DNA of 39,385 nt, taken from positions 1 through 39,385 of the forward strand of contig JAUYPN010000032.1 of assembly GCA_030695725.1 (NCBI GenBank), in the 5' to 3' direction. This document shows, one piece after another, positions 8,749-16,198 of this stretch. A program made the translations under genes and the position numbers. A model generated the notes under the pieces. That model made no database searches. It had not been told where the DNA came from and was given only the letters and a program-made list of their open reading frames with translations. The stretch is from Candidatus Omnitrophota bacterium. Lineage in GTDB: Bacteria; Omnitrophota; Gorgyraeia; 2-01-FULL-45-10. Numbering within the stretch: position 1 is the stretch's first letter; every line of letters begins with the position of its first letter.

Positions 8749-9685
8749 AAATTATATCGAATTCTTTCTTGATGCGTTCCATAAATTTTCCGAAAAACTT
8801 TTCCCTAAGGTCAAGCCTGTATAACTTACTCTTACCTCCCGGAGAATCATTAAAATAGAGCGAATCGTTATATACATCGTAGTACACGCCCTGGGGCTGG
8901 CGGCTGCACTTATTGAGTGTGACTATATTCTTGCCGCCGCCCTTGCCTATTTCCAGCACATTTATATCCCTACCGGCCGCAAAGATTATATGATTAGAGC
9001 CCGAATGCCAGAATACATCCTTTATGGTGTCCGGACTTTTTAAGACCTCTTCCACTTCCGCGATATCTTCACTCTTGATCAGCCTCAAGCCGTTCAAGTA
9101 GATGATCCATATGCCGTTTTCATTAAAATATAAGATCTTCTTTCCGTCAGGGGAGAGCTTCTTCCCCAGGATACCGGAAGGCCACCCCGAATAGGACGAA
9201 AGCTTCTTAGGATTCGTCCCGTCAATATTCGATCCGTAGAGGCCGGCTTTCGTCATATAATATATTTGGCTCCTGTCATCGGGTATGAAGAAGTTATCCG
9301 CTTCACGGTCGCCGACCTTCTCCGTTACCTGCAGCGTGGGAAAGAGGAGTATATTCTCCGCGCGGGTAACCATATTCGGCCGGACAGCCAGGTCCTTCTG
9401 CCATGGAAAGAGGCCCTCTCTCCTTACCTCTATAGAATAGGTACCCGGCCTCAGCTCCTCTATCCTGGCAGGCGTGATATCGGGATATAGCTTACCGTTT
9501 ACATAAATGGACGCGCCTGAGGGTGTGCTCCTTAAGGAGAGTATGCCCGTCTTATATATCACGAGCTTATGAAAATCTATATGATATCCGAGAGAGTAAG
9601 AGAGTATTATGGGTAGCAGCGTCAGATATAAGGCCAACGAAAAGAAGAATGCTATATGCCTTATTACGGCATCGCTTTTGTTCAT
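8735..9685 (-). CDS. membrane-anchored PEGA-domain protein with beta-propeller-like C-terminal region
   Basis: N-terminal TM helix, then LRSTPSGASIYVNGKLYPDITPARIEELRPGTYSIEVRREGLFPWQKDL (PEGA pattern), then TolB/PD40-like repeats. It has a 4-nt overlap with rlmN and a 14-nt overlap with the GT2 gene. Confidence 0.7.
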   Translation of the reverse strand: MNKSDAVIRHIAFFFSLALYLTLLPIILSYSLGYHIDFHKLVIYKTGILSLRSTPSGASIYVNGKLYPDITPARIEELRPGTYSIEVRREGLFPWQKDLAVRPNMVTRAENILLFPTLQVTEKVGDREADNFFIPDDRSQIYYMTKAGLYGSNIDGTNPKKLSSYSGWPSGILGKKLSPDGKKILYFNENGIWIIYLNGLRLIKSEDIAEVEEVLKSPDTIKDVFWHSGSNHIIFAAGRDINVLEIGKGGGKNIVTLNKCSRQPQGVYYDVYNDSLYFNDSPGGKSKLYRLDLREKFFGKFMERIKKEFDIIYEKR

Positions 9686-10749
9686 AATCTGGATATCCTC
9701 AGCTGACCGCAGCCGGCGTCTATATCCTCGCCCTTTGATTTACGCAGCATCGCATTTATACCGCGGCTCTTCAGCGTCCTGATAAAATTCTTTACACCAT
9801 CTATAGCAGGGGGCTCGTAACCTTTGGCCCTGATCTGATTATACGATATTACGTTCACCTTACACAAAAGCCCGGTCAGAAGCCTTGCCAGCTTGAACGC
9901 GTCGCCTTCGGAGGCGTTTATTCCTTTTATCAATATATATTCGAATGTTATTATCCTCTTGGTCTGTCTGGTATAATCTTTGCAGGCGGTCATGAGATCA
10001 CTTAGCGGATATCTCTTGTTTATGGGGACAAGTTTAGAGCGTATTTTGTCATCAGCTGAATGCAAAGAGACCGAGAGCTCTATCTGCAGCTTTTCGCCGG
10101 CCAGTTTTTCCATACCGGGGATTATCCCGCAGGTGGATATCGTTATCTTGCGGGCGCCTATCTTAAAGGCATCTTCGTCGTTCAATATCCTTATCGCTCT
10201 TATCACGTTATTATAATTATCCAATGGCTCGCCTATTCCCATAAATACAATATTTGTAATTGTACGGTCTTTGTTATGGGCTTTTATGAATAGCACTTCG
10301 TCCAGGATCTCCGAGGCCTTGAGGTTACGGACGAACCCGAACGGGGCGCTGGCGCAAAAGGAGCATCCGAACTTACATCCGACCTGCGATGAGAGGCAGA
10401 GCGTTGACCTCTCCTCTTCCGGAAGGAATACGGACTCTATCGTATGCGAGTCCTCTAATTTAAGCAGATACTTCGTGGCGCCGTCAGAGAAAGACCGTTT
10501 TGAATCCAGAAGGACGATCTTTGTGATATGAAATTTATCTTTCAGCTTTTCGCGCAATTCTTTGTTGAGATCCGTCATCTCATCGAAAGACTTCACGCTT
10601 GCCCTGTACCGCTCACTTCGTTCGGGTACAGGGCAAGCCTTATAGAGCCATCGGAAAATTTGAGCAGCCCTGTACGGCTTCTCGTCCATCCTGACGAGCT
10701 CTTTTATCAGCTCATCTTTCGAAATATTCTTTATATCGATCTTAGCCAT
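9682..10749 (-). CDS. rlmN: 23S rRNA/tRNA (adenine-C2)-methyltransferase, radical SAM
   Basis: N-terminal YRAAQIFRWLYK...FDEMTDLNKELREKL, the cluster motif CLSSQVGCKFGCSFCAS, and GEPLDN. It contains a 14-aa insertion (see the repeat at 10597-10638). Confidence 0.9.
   Translation of the reverse strand: MAKIDIKNISKDELIKELVRMDEKPYRAAQIFRWLYKACPVPERSERYRASVKSFDEMTDLNKELREKLKDKFHITKIVLLDSKRSFSDGATKYLLKLEDSHTIESVFLPEEERSTLCLSSQVGCKFGCSFCASAPFGFVRNLKASEILDEVLFIKAHNKDRTITNIVFMGIGEPLDNYNNVIRAIRILNDEDAFKIGARKITISTCGIIPGMEKLAGEKLQIELSVSLHSADDKIRSKLVPINKRYPLSDLMTACKDYTRQTKRIITFEYILIKGINASEGDAFKLARLLTGLLCKVNVISYNQIRAKGYEPPAIDGVKNFIRTLKSRGINAMLRKSKGEDIDAGCGQLRISRL
10597..10638. repeat. 42-nt perfect hairpin (14-bp stem, 14-nt loop) in-frame inside rlmN; minimal member of the tRNA-linked palindromic element family
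   Basis: GCTTGCCCTGTACC (10597-10610) pairs with GGTACAGGGCAAGC (10625-10638). The reverse complement of the core, CCCTGTACC-CGAAC-GAAG-TGAGC-GGTACAGGG, aligns with CCATGTACC-CGAAC-[33 nt]-TGAGT-GGTACATGG at 27501 and 28160. It encodes ACPVPERSERYRAS. Confidence 0.6.
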
Positions 10750-10827
10750 TTTCGTACAATCTATACCGTTGCATACCCTGGGGGTCTACGGGATTGTCAA
10801 GCGTGGAGACCTGACCCCGTTATTTTT

Positions 10828-10932
10828 TTAATCGATCTTCTTCTTTGTAAAGACTTTGTAGAAACAGAACGTGGTGAGGATCGATATGAGAGCCCATGAG
10901 GACACCAGAAAGATCCAGCCGGAAAGCCTCAT
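10828..10932 (-). CDS. 34-aa single-TM protein, candidate small subunit of the NSS transporter (MetS-like)
   Basis: ATG at 10932 overlaps the transporter stop in an ATGA arrangement. Product: MRLSGWIFLVSSWALISILTTFCFYKVFTKKKID. The upstream part of track ORF 10828..11220 is out-of-frame overlap with the transporter. Confidence 0.5.
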   Translation of the reverse strand: MRLSGWIFLVSSWALISILTTFCFYKVFTKKKID

Positions 10933-12485
10933 ATCTTTACCTCTCTTCTCTTTTTCCTCCACGCAACTTTGACTAAGATCGATAATATCACAAATAAGGC
11001 GATCAGGGAGAATCGGGTCGCGAGAACGAAAGGCTTGTCGGCCGCCGAAACACCCTTCATCATGATCAATGGCCACCACTCCTGATAGGCCCATGTTCCG
11101 AGTATCAATAATAGGAATAACGGAGTCACGTACTTTATTATAAATTTGTAGACCTTGGGAATATTCATGTCGGCGCCGTGATGTATCTCCTTCCATGCCC
11201 GCTCCATCCCGAATACCCATGCGAAGAGTATCGTCTCTATAGCGGCAAAGAGGACGAGGCAGAACGTCCCGCCCCAGAAATCGAGCTCATTAACCACGCC
11301 CTTACCGAGTAAAAATATCGCCGGCTGGCAAAGGATAAATAACGCCGCGGCCAGTATCGATACCGCTCTCTTTCTCGAGATATTGAATTCATCCTCCAGG
11401 AATGCCACCGCGGGTTGGGCAAGCGATACCGAAGATGTTATGCCGGCCAGAAATAATAGCAGAAACCAGACGCAGCCGAAGAATGCGCCATTTGAAATCC
11501 TGCTGAATATCAACGGCATCGTCACGAACCCCAGATTAAACGCGCCGCTCTTCGCTATCGCTTCTGTGCCGGCCGGCCCGAAGAAGATGAATGCCGCGGG
11601 TATTACTATACTTGCGCCTATTATGACCTCGGCAAATTCGTTTGTGCTTACGGCGGAGAGTCCCGACAGGACAACGTCATCCCCTTTTGATAAGTAACTC
11701 GCGTATGTAAGTATGACGCCTATGCCGACGCTCAAAGTAAAGAATATCTGTCCTGCCGCCGCAAGCCAGACCTTGGCGCTCTTGAGCGCGGAAAAATCGG
11801 GGTTCCACAAAAATCCCAACCCATTAACGATATTCCAGCCAGGCTTAGCCGGATCCGGCGCCCCTAAAGTGAGTACGCGCGCCATAACTATCACGCCGCA
11901 TATGAAAAGGAGCGGCATCGCGATCTTGCAGAGCTTCTCTATGCCGCCCTTTATTCCGTAGTATATGACCGCTATGTTCGCCAGTAATGTCAGGATAAAG
12001 AATGTGTACGCGGGAGCGAGGCTTGAGAAGAAATTATTCTTCTCCAACCCCTGAAATCCGCTTAAGAAAGATTTCATCGAGTTTTCGGTGGCAGCGGAGG
12101 CGTATCTTCCTGTAATGGCAAACCAACTGTAGGCAAGCGTCCAGGATTCTACATATGTGTAATAGATCAATATAACGAGGGGCCCGAATATGCCTATGAC
12201 GCCGAAATATTTCATGAACCGGCTCTTCTCCCACATGGTGTGGAATATCCCCGGAGCCGTGCCGTGTCCAAAACCGCCGCCGTATCGCCCGAGAGTCCAT
12301 TCTATCCACATTAGCGGGATGCCGAGAAGGAAGAGCGAGATGAAGTAAGGTATCATAAAGGCTCCGCCGCCATTCGACGCGGCCTGCACAGGGAAACGGA
12401 GGAAGTTCCCCAATCCGATCGCGCTTCCCGCAACGGCCATTATGATCCCGAACCTCGTCCCCCACGCCTGTCTCGTCTTCGCCAT
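10929..12485 (-). CDS. sodium-dependent transporter, neurotransmitter:sodium symporter (SNF/NSS) family
   Basis: 518 aa. The N-terminus WGTRFGIIMAVAGSAIGLGNFLRFP is the NSS signature, and there are about 12 hydrophobic segments. Confidence 0.9.
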   Translation of the reverse strand: MAKTRQAWGTRFGIIMAVAGSAIGLGNFLRFPVQAASNGGGAFMIPYFISLFLLGIPLMWIEWTLGRYGGGFGHGTAPGIFHTMWEKSRFMKYFGVIGIFGPLVILIYYTYVESWTLAYSWFAITGRYASAATENSMKSFLSGFQGLEKNNFFSSLAPAYTFFILTLLANIAVIYYGIKGGIEKLCKIAMPLLFICGVIVMARVLTLGAPDPAKPGWNIVNGLGFLWNPDFSALKSAKVWLAAAGQIFFTLSVGIGVILTYASYLSKGDDVVLSGLSAVSTNEFAEVIIGASIVIPAAFIFFGPAGTEAIAKSGAFNLGFVTMPLIFSRISNGAFFGCVWFLLLFLAGITSSVSLAQPAVAFLEDEFNISRKRAVSILAAALFILCQPAIFLLGKGVVNELDFWGGTFCLVLFAAIETILFAWVFGMERAWKEIHHGADMNIPKVYKFIIKYVTPLFLLLILGTWAYQEWWPLIMMKGVSAADKPFVLATRFSLIALFVILSILVKVAWRKKRREVKI

Positions 12486-12493
12486 AAGCCCTT

Positions 12494-12522
12494 ATTATAG
12501 ACAAACCCGGCGATATTTTCAA
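12494..12522 (-). promoter_or_regulatory. promoter TTGAAA-17-TATAAT ending 8 nt before the NSS start codon
   Basis: Minus strand TTGAAA (12517-12522), 17-nt spacer, TATAAT (12494-12499), then AAGGGCTT and ATG (12485). A tandem 9-bp repeat ACAACGGGC x2 lies at 12532-12549, just upstream. Confidence 0.5.
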
Positions 12523-12660
12523 GACATAGCTACAACGGGCACAACGGGCAAGCGTGGACCTTGCGGGGTACCGCCTTCCGCGAACACTTTCCCCGCCACT
12601 ACAAGTCTTTTTGTGATAGACTATATGATGTGATAAAGATACAGTAAAAAAGGAGCCGGA

Positions 12661-13050
12661 TTGAGCCTTGTAGACCTTATAGTCGCTTGTCTAATAATCG
12701 CCATAATGGTAGTCAGTTCATCAGCTATTCTTGAATATACCAAAGACAAGCTGGTTGATTCGGAGAATTACTATGAAGCGACCAAGTTTTCGATGGCCAC
12801 GCTGGAAGAGCTTCGGCCGCTTGACTATACGGATCCCGCGCTGGACATTACCCCTCCAGACCAGCGCCACGCCGCGGATCTGCCATTTCCATGCAATTTA
12901 AGAGACAGGTATAGCGGCAACAGGTCGTACGTGGTTAGCGAACAAAACTGGGACGTAGCCAGCAGCTATAAAGAGATAATCGTGGCCACCTCATGGGTAT
13001 ATAAAGGCCAAAACAAATCGGTTTCATTAGGCGTAGTAAAAAGACAATGA
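12661..13050 (+). CDS. pseudopilin/minor-pilin-like protein (GspI/PilV-like size), no leader peptide
   Basis: TTG start 5 nt after AGGAG. The N-terminus MSLVDLIVACLIIAIMVVSSSAIL resembles the mature hydrophobic N-terminus of type IV pilins, with an acidic residue at position 5. The stop overlaps the next gene (ATGA). Confidence 0.5.
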   Translation: MSLVDLIVACLIIAIMVVSSSAILEYTKDKLVDSENYYEATKFSMATLEELRPLDYTDPALDITPPDQRHAADLPFPCNLRDRYSGNRSYVVSEQNWDVASSYKEIIVATSWVYKGQNKSVSLGVVKRQ

Positions 13051-13451
13051 TCAGCCTTGACACTAAAAAGGGATTTTCTTTAACGCTGATAGCGGTTTTC
13101 GTCACCATAGTCGCGGCCGCTTTGGTGCCGGCTTTCTGCAACGTCATGTTTTTCACTACGCGCGCGCCAGCCACCGATGCCTTATTCCAGCAGGCATATT
13201 ACAACGCAAACTGTGGGGTTGAATATGCCATGTTTATAATAGAGCATCGCGATCCGCTTGATCCTGCTACTTGGCCGCAAGGAAATTCTATCCCATGCAA
13301 CTTCCCGGCAGGCGCAGGAAATTTTACGATTACCATAACGTCTGACCCAGTAGCCGGTTTCAACATAAGATCGATAGGTACCGCGGGAACGATGACAGCG
13401 ACCATCAACAGAGTCCATGTTGCCGCAGGAAGGATAGAGGAGTGGCAATAA
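13047..13451 (+). CDS. minor-pilin-like protein (PilX/GspK-like N-terminus)
   Basis: MISLDTKKG/FSLTLIAVFVTIVAAALV is a class III signal-peptide-like leader with Gly at -1 and no Glu5. It is followed by QQAYYNANCGVEYA, as in PilX-type minor pilins. Confidence 0.55.
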   Translation: MISLDTKKGFSLTLIAVFVTIVAAALVPAFCNVMFFTTRAPATDALFQQAYYNANCGVEYAMFIIEHRDPLDPATWPQGNSIPCNFPAGAGNFTITITSDPVAGFNIRSIGTAGTMTATINRVHVAAGRIEEWQ

Positions 13452-16144
13452 ATCTTACTTTGAAGAAGGCCGTTACTATCGTAGAGCTCATAATAGTCAT
13501 GGCAGCGTCCTCAGTAATCCTCCTAGCCGCATTCTCTATCCTGATAAGCCAGTTTGGATATGTAGCCGTATTCAGAATAGAGTCCGAGCTTAAGGGCGAG
13601 GCGGCCTATATTATAGAAAGGATGAAGAAGATCGTAGCAAATTCCGAGCACGTCAATATTATAGTCGGCGGCGCTTCAGTAGATGTTTATGATAGAACAG
13701 GGATCAATGTCACAGGCGCTTTTACGGTAGCTGCCCCGAATCTAACCTATACACCTGCAGCAAGCGGTATGCCAGAGACGATATCGAATAAAATAGGCGG
13801 CCTCACATTTGCCGATGCCCGCAGCATCACCGGCAATCTTACCGACATAACCGTGCTAAGCGTAGCTCTTAGAACTCGAGATCCGAGATACCAGAGCGCC
13901 TCAAACTCCAATATAATAACAAGCATGGCCTGCCGCCTCGCGCCTAATCCCGTAACGGTCGAAAACATTGGAGACAGTCATGGAATTAATATTAGAGGTA
14001 ACAGATTCTACAGAAGCATACAGGCCGCTCTCAACGATGCTTTTTTCCAGGCAAACGATGAGATAAGGTGCGTTGGAAGGGTATCGGGTTTTTTCGACGG
14101 GATATTCCTGGAAAACGTTGTTATAAGCAGATCGGTTATATTGAGAGGCGGCTTCGACAGGACTTTTGATGCTCAGACCTTTAATCCCAACGATCCCAAT
14201 GCCGGCACTCCCTCAACGATAGACGGCAACGGCAGCCCGACAAACAACAGAAGAGTGATATCCTGTGCCGCTAATTCCGTGCCAAATTTTACTATAAACG
14301 GATTCATCATACAAAATGGCAGAATGGCGGGGGGTGGCGGTGGGGGTATAAATTTTTATTCATGGGGCGCTGGCGCTACCAACGTTATCATTACCGACAA
14401 TATCGTAAGAAATAATACTGCTGACAACGGCGCCGGAATAAATGTTGGACAAAAAGGGCCCTTATCCACACTTGTAATTCAAAATAATCAAATATCAGGA
14501 AACCAAGCCGGCTGGGATGGTGGTGGAATATCTGGCGACATCTGGCTCTCCTCTAACGTTACCATTGCAAACAACCTTATAGCAGGAAATAGCGGCGGCC
14601 GTATGGGTGCGGGAATAAATATCAGAACCAACGAAACCGCCACTAACTTGACCATAGCCAACAATATCATAAGAAACAACGCGTTAATGGGCGGTTGGCC
14701 GGGAGGCGGGATAAATGCCGGCATCGGGGACGCTTCTTCCTGTATCATCATCAATAATATCATAGCGGGAAATGCTGCCCCAGAAGGCCATGGCGGCGGG
14801 ATATTTATTGACTCATACGGTACGGCCTTGGCCGTGATAGCCAATAATCATATAGGTGAATACGGGACAGCGACAGGCTACCCTGGCTTAAGCATATATG
14901 GGACAGCGACAGGCAACACAGGCCAGAGAGGAGGCGGCATACGGGCTGTAAATAATTTGACTATCGCTAATAATACTCTGTTTAGAAATCGTACTTTAGG
15001 CGATAGTGATAGTGGAGGGATCTTTGCAACTACCGGCAATCTCACGAATATTACTAACAATATGGTAGAAGAAAACGCAACTGACGGCGTTGGCGGCGGG
15101 ATATCCTGTTTTTCGTTGTCCCAGGGGGGAGTGATCTCCAATTGCAATGTTACCAATAATATCGTAAACGCCAATATCGGGGGCGGGATAAGTGCCGCAT
15201 CCCAAACTACCAGCCTGGAGAGCGTGGTCAATATTGATAACAATACCGTAAGGGGTAATTTCGGCGGAGGGATAACTCTTAATAGCAGCATCCCCGCCAG
15301 CCCCCTTGCAACCCTTAGAGTTACTAACAATACTGTAACAGAAAATATACCCCTCGTCGCTACCGGCAGCGGAGGCGCAGGAATATTTATTAATAATCAG
15401 GGCGATGGTTCTACCGTAGCTAAAAATATTATAAGCCTTAATAGAACCAACGGCAACGGCGGCGGGATATTAGTCGACCTCAACAGACTCCGTCTTGACA
15501 TAAACAATAATATCATAGCGGGAAACACTGCTGCAAGATTTGGCGGCGGCATATCTGCCAATGGTGACCTCACTGGTCCAGTAAATCTGACCAACAACAC
15601 TATAGTGGAAAATAGCGCCGGCACGAATGGCGGCGGAATTTACACTGTTACTCAAGCAATTACAGCTGGCCCAGTCAATATCATAAATTCTATAAGTTTT
15701 GGCAACATTAACCGTGATCTATTCGCCGGGGGCACTTCACAAGACACTAATGTTAGTTTTTCAGACATAGGTGTAAGTAACGGCCTAATTAACTGGGACA
15801 TACCCATATCCTTCACCAACATAACCGACCCGCCTTGGTTCGTAAATGCGGCAGCCGGCGATTACCGTTTGCAAGATGTCGTTGGAAACAATGACATAAT
15901 AGACGGCGGCAACCCTATATTTACCGATATTAGTAGGCCGCCAGGCCTGAGGCTCCCAACGAGCGACATGGGCGCTTATGGCGGCCCCGGCGCCACTGTA
16001 ACGATCGGCTTTCTGATGCCTGCCGCCGACATTCCTGGCACACAATGGATAACAGAGAATAGGATAGGCTTTTTGGCGCCCGCCGCGGATGATGGAGCTA
16101 CCGCAAACATAAGGGAAGATATTATAGGCACATATACGCCATAG
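13442..16144 (+). CDS. 900-aa protein: pilin-like N-terminus fused to a right-handed parallel beta-helix (PbH1) repeat domain
   Basis: N-terminus MAINLTLKKA/VTIVELIIVMAASSVILLAAF (Glu5 present, Ala at -1). About 15 consecutive repeats of the form (I/V)xNNxIxxNxaxxGGGI follow. The end is DPPWFVNAAAGDYRLQ...IIDGGNP...SDMGAYGGPG. A 10-nt overlap links it to the preceding gene. Confidence 0.75.
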   Translation: MAINLTLKKAVTIVELIIVMAASSVILLAAFSILISQFGYVAVFRIESELKGEAAYIIERMKKIVANSEHVNIIVGGASVDVYDRTGINVTGAFTVAAPNLTYTPAASGMPETISNKIGGLTFADARSITGNLTDITVLSVALRTRDPRYQSASNSNIITSMACRLAPNPVTVENIGDSHGINIRGNRFYRSIQAALNDAFFQANDEIRCVGRVSGFFDGIFLENVVISRSVILRGGFDRTFDAQTFNPNDPNAGTPSTIDGNGSPTNNRRVISCAANSVPNFTINGFIIQNGRMAGGGGGGINFYSWGAGATNVIITDNIVRNNTADNGAGINVGQKGPLSTLVIQNNQISGNQAGWDGGGISGDIWLSSNVTIANNLIAGNSGGRMGAGINIRTNETATNLTIANNIIRNNALMGGWPGGGINAGIGDASSCIIINNIIAGNAAPEGHGGGIFIDSYGTALAVIANNHIGEYGTATGYPGLSIYGTATGNTGQRGGGIRAVNNLTIANNTLFRNRTLGDSDSGGIFATTGNLTNITNNMVEENATDGVGGGISCFSLSQGGVISNCNVTNNIVNANIGGGISAASQTTSLESVVNIDNNTVRGNFGGGITLNSSIPASPLATLRVTNNTVTENIPLVATGSGGAGIFINNQGDGSTVAKNIISLNRTNGNGGGILVDLNRLRLDINNNIIAGNTAARFGGGISANGDLTGPVNLTNNTIVENSAGTNGGGIYTVTQAITAGPVNIINSISFGNINRDLFAGGTSQDTNVSFSDIGVSNGLINWDIPISFTNITDPPWFVNAAAGDYRLQDVVGNNDIIDGGNPIFTDISRPPGLRLPTSDMGAYGGPGATVTIGFLMPAADIPGTQWITENRIGFLAPAADDGATANIREDIIGTYTP

Positions 16145-16198
16145 CACGCCATAGCGCTTGGCTTGACCATTGAACCGCAACGGGTATATAATACCGGC

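Noticed and set aside
12034-12522. 162-aa minus-strand ORF overlapping the NSS transporter 5' end
   Set aside because: It is out of frame with a 518-aa ORF carrying the NSS signature. Its sequence is Arg/His-rich and non-protein-like.
10798-12561. Shared CAAGCGTGGA(G)ACCT motif upstream of rlmN (10798-10812) and of the NSS gene (12549-12561), as a possible common regulatory site
   Set aside because: Exact 10-mer matches are expected many times by chance in a 39-kb window. The flanking similarity is too weak to call.
14329-14346. G6 and G5 tracts in the beta-helix gene as a phase-variation switch
   Set aside because: The tracts are short and simply encode a Gly run (MAGGGGGGINF). Contingency loci usually need longer homopolymers.
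14488-15655. Minus-strand ORFs rich in Pro-Pro-Pro (118, 150, 75 aa and others) inside the beta-helix gene
   Set aside because: They are the mirror image of the Gly-Gly-Gly-containing PbH1 repeats on the plus strand (GGN codons read as NCC). The plus-strand frame is continuous for 900 aa.
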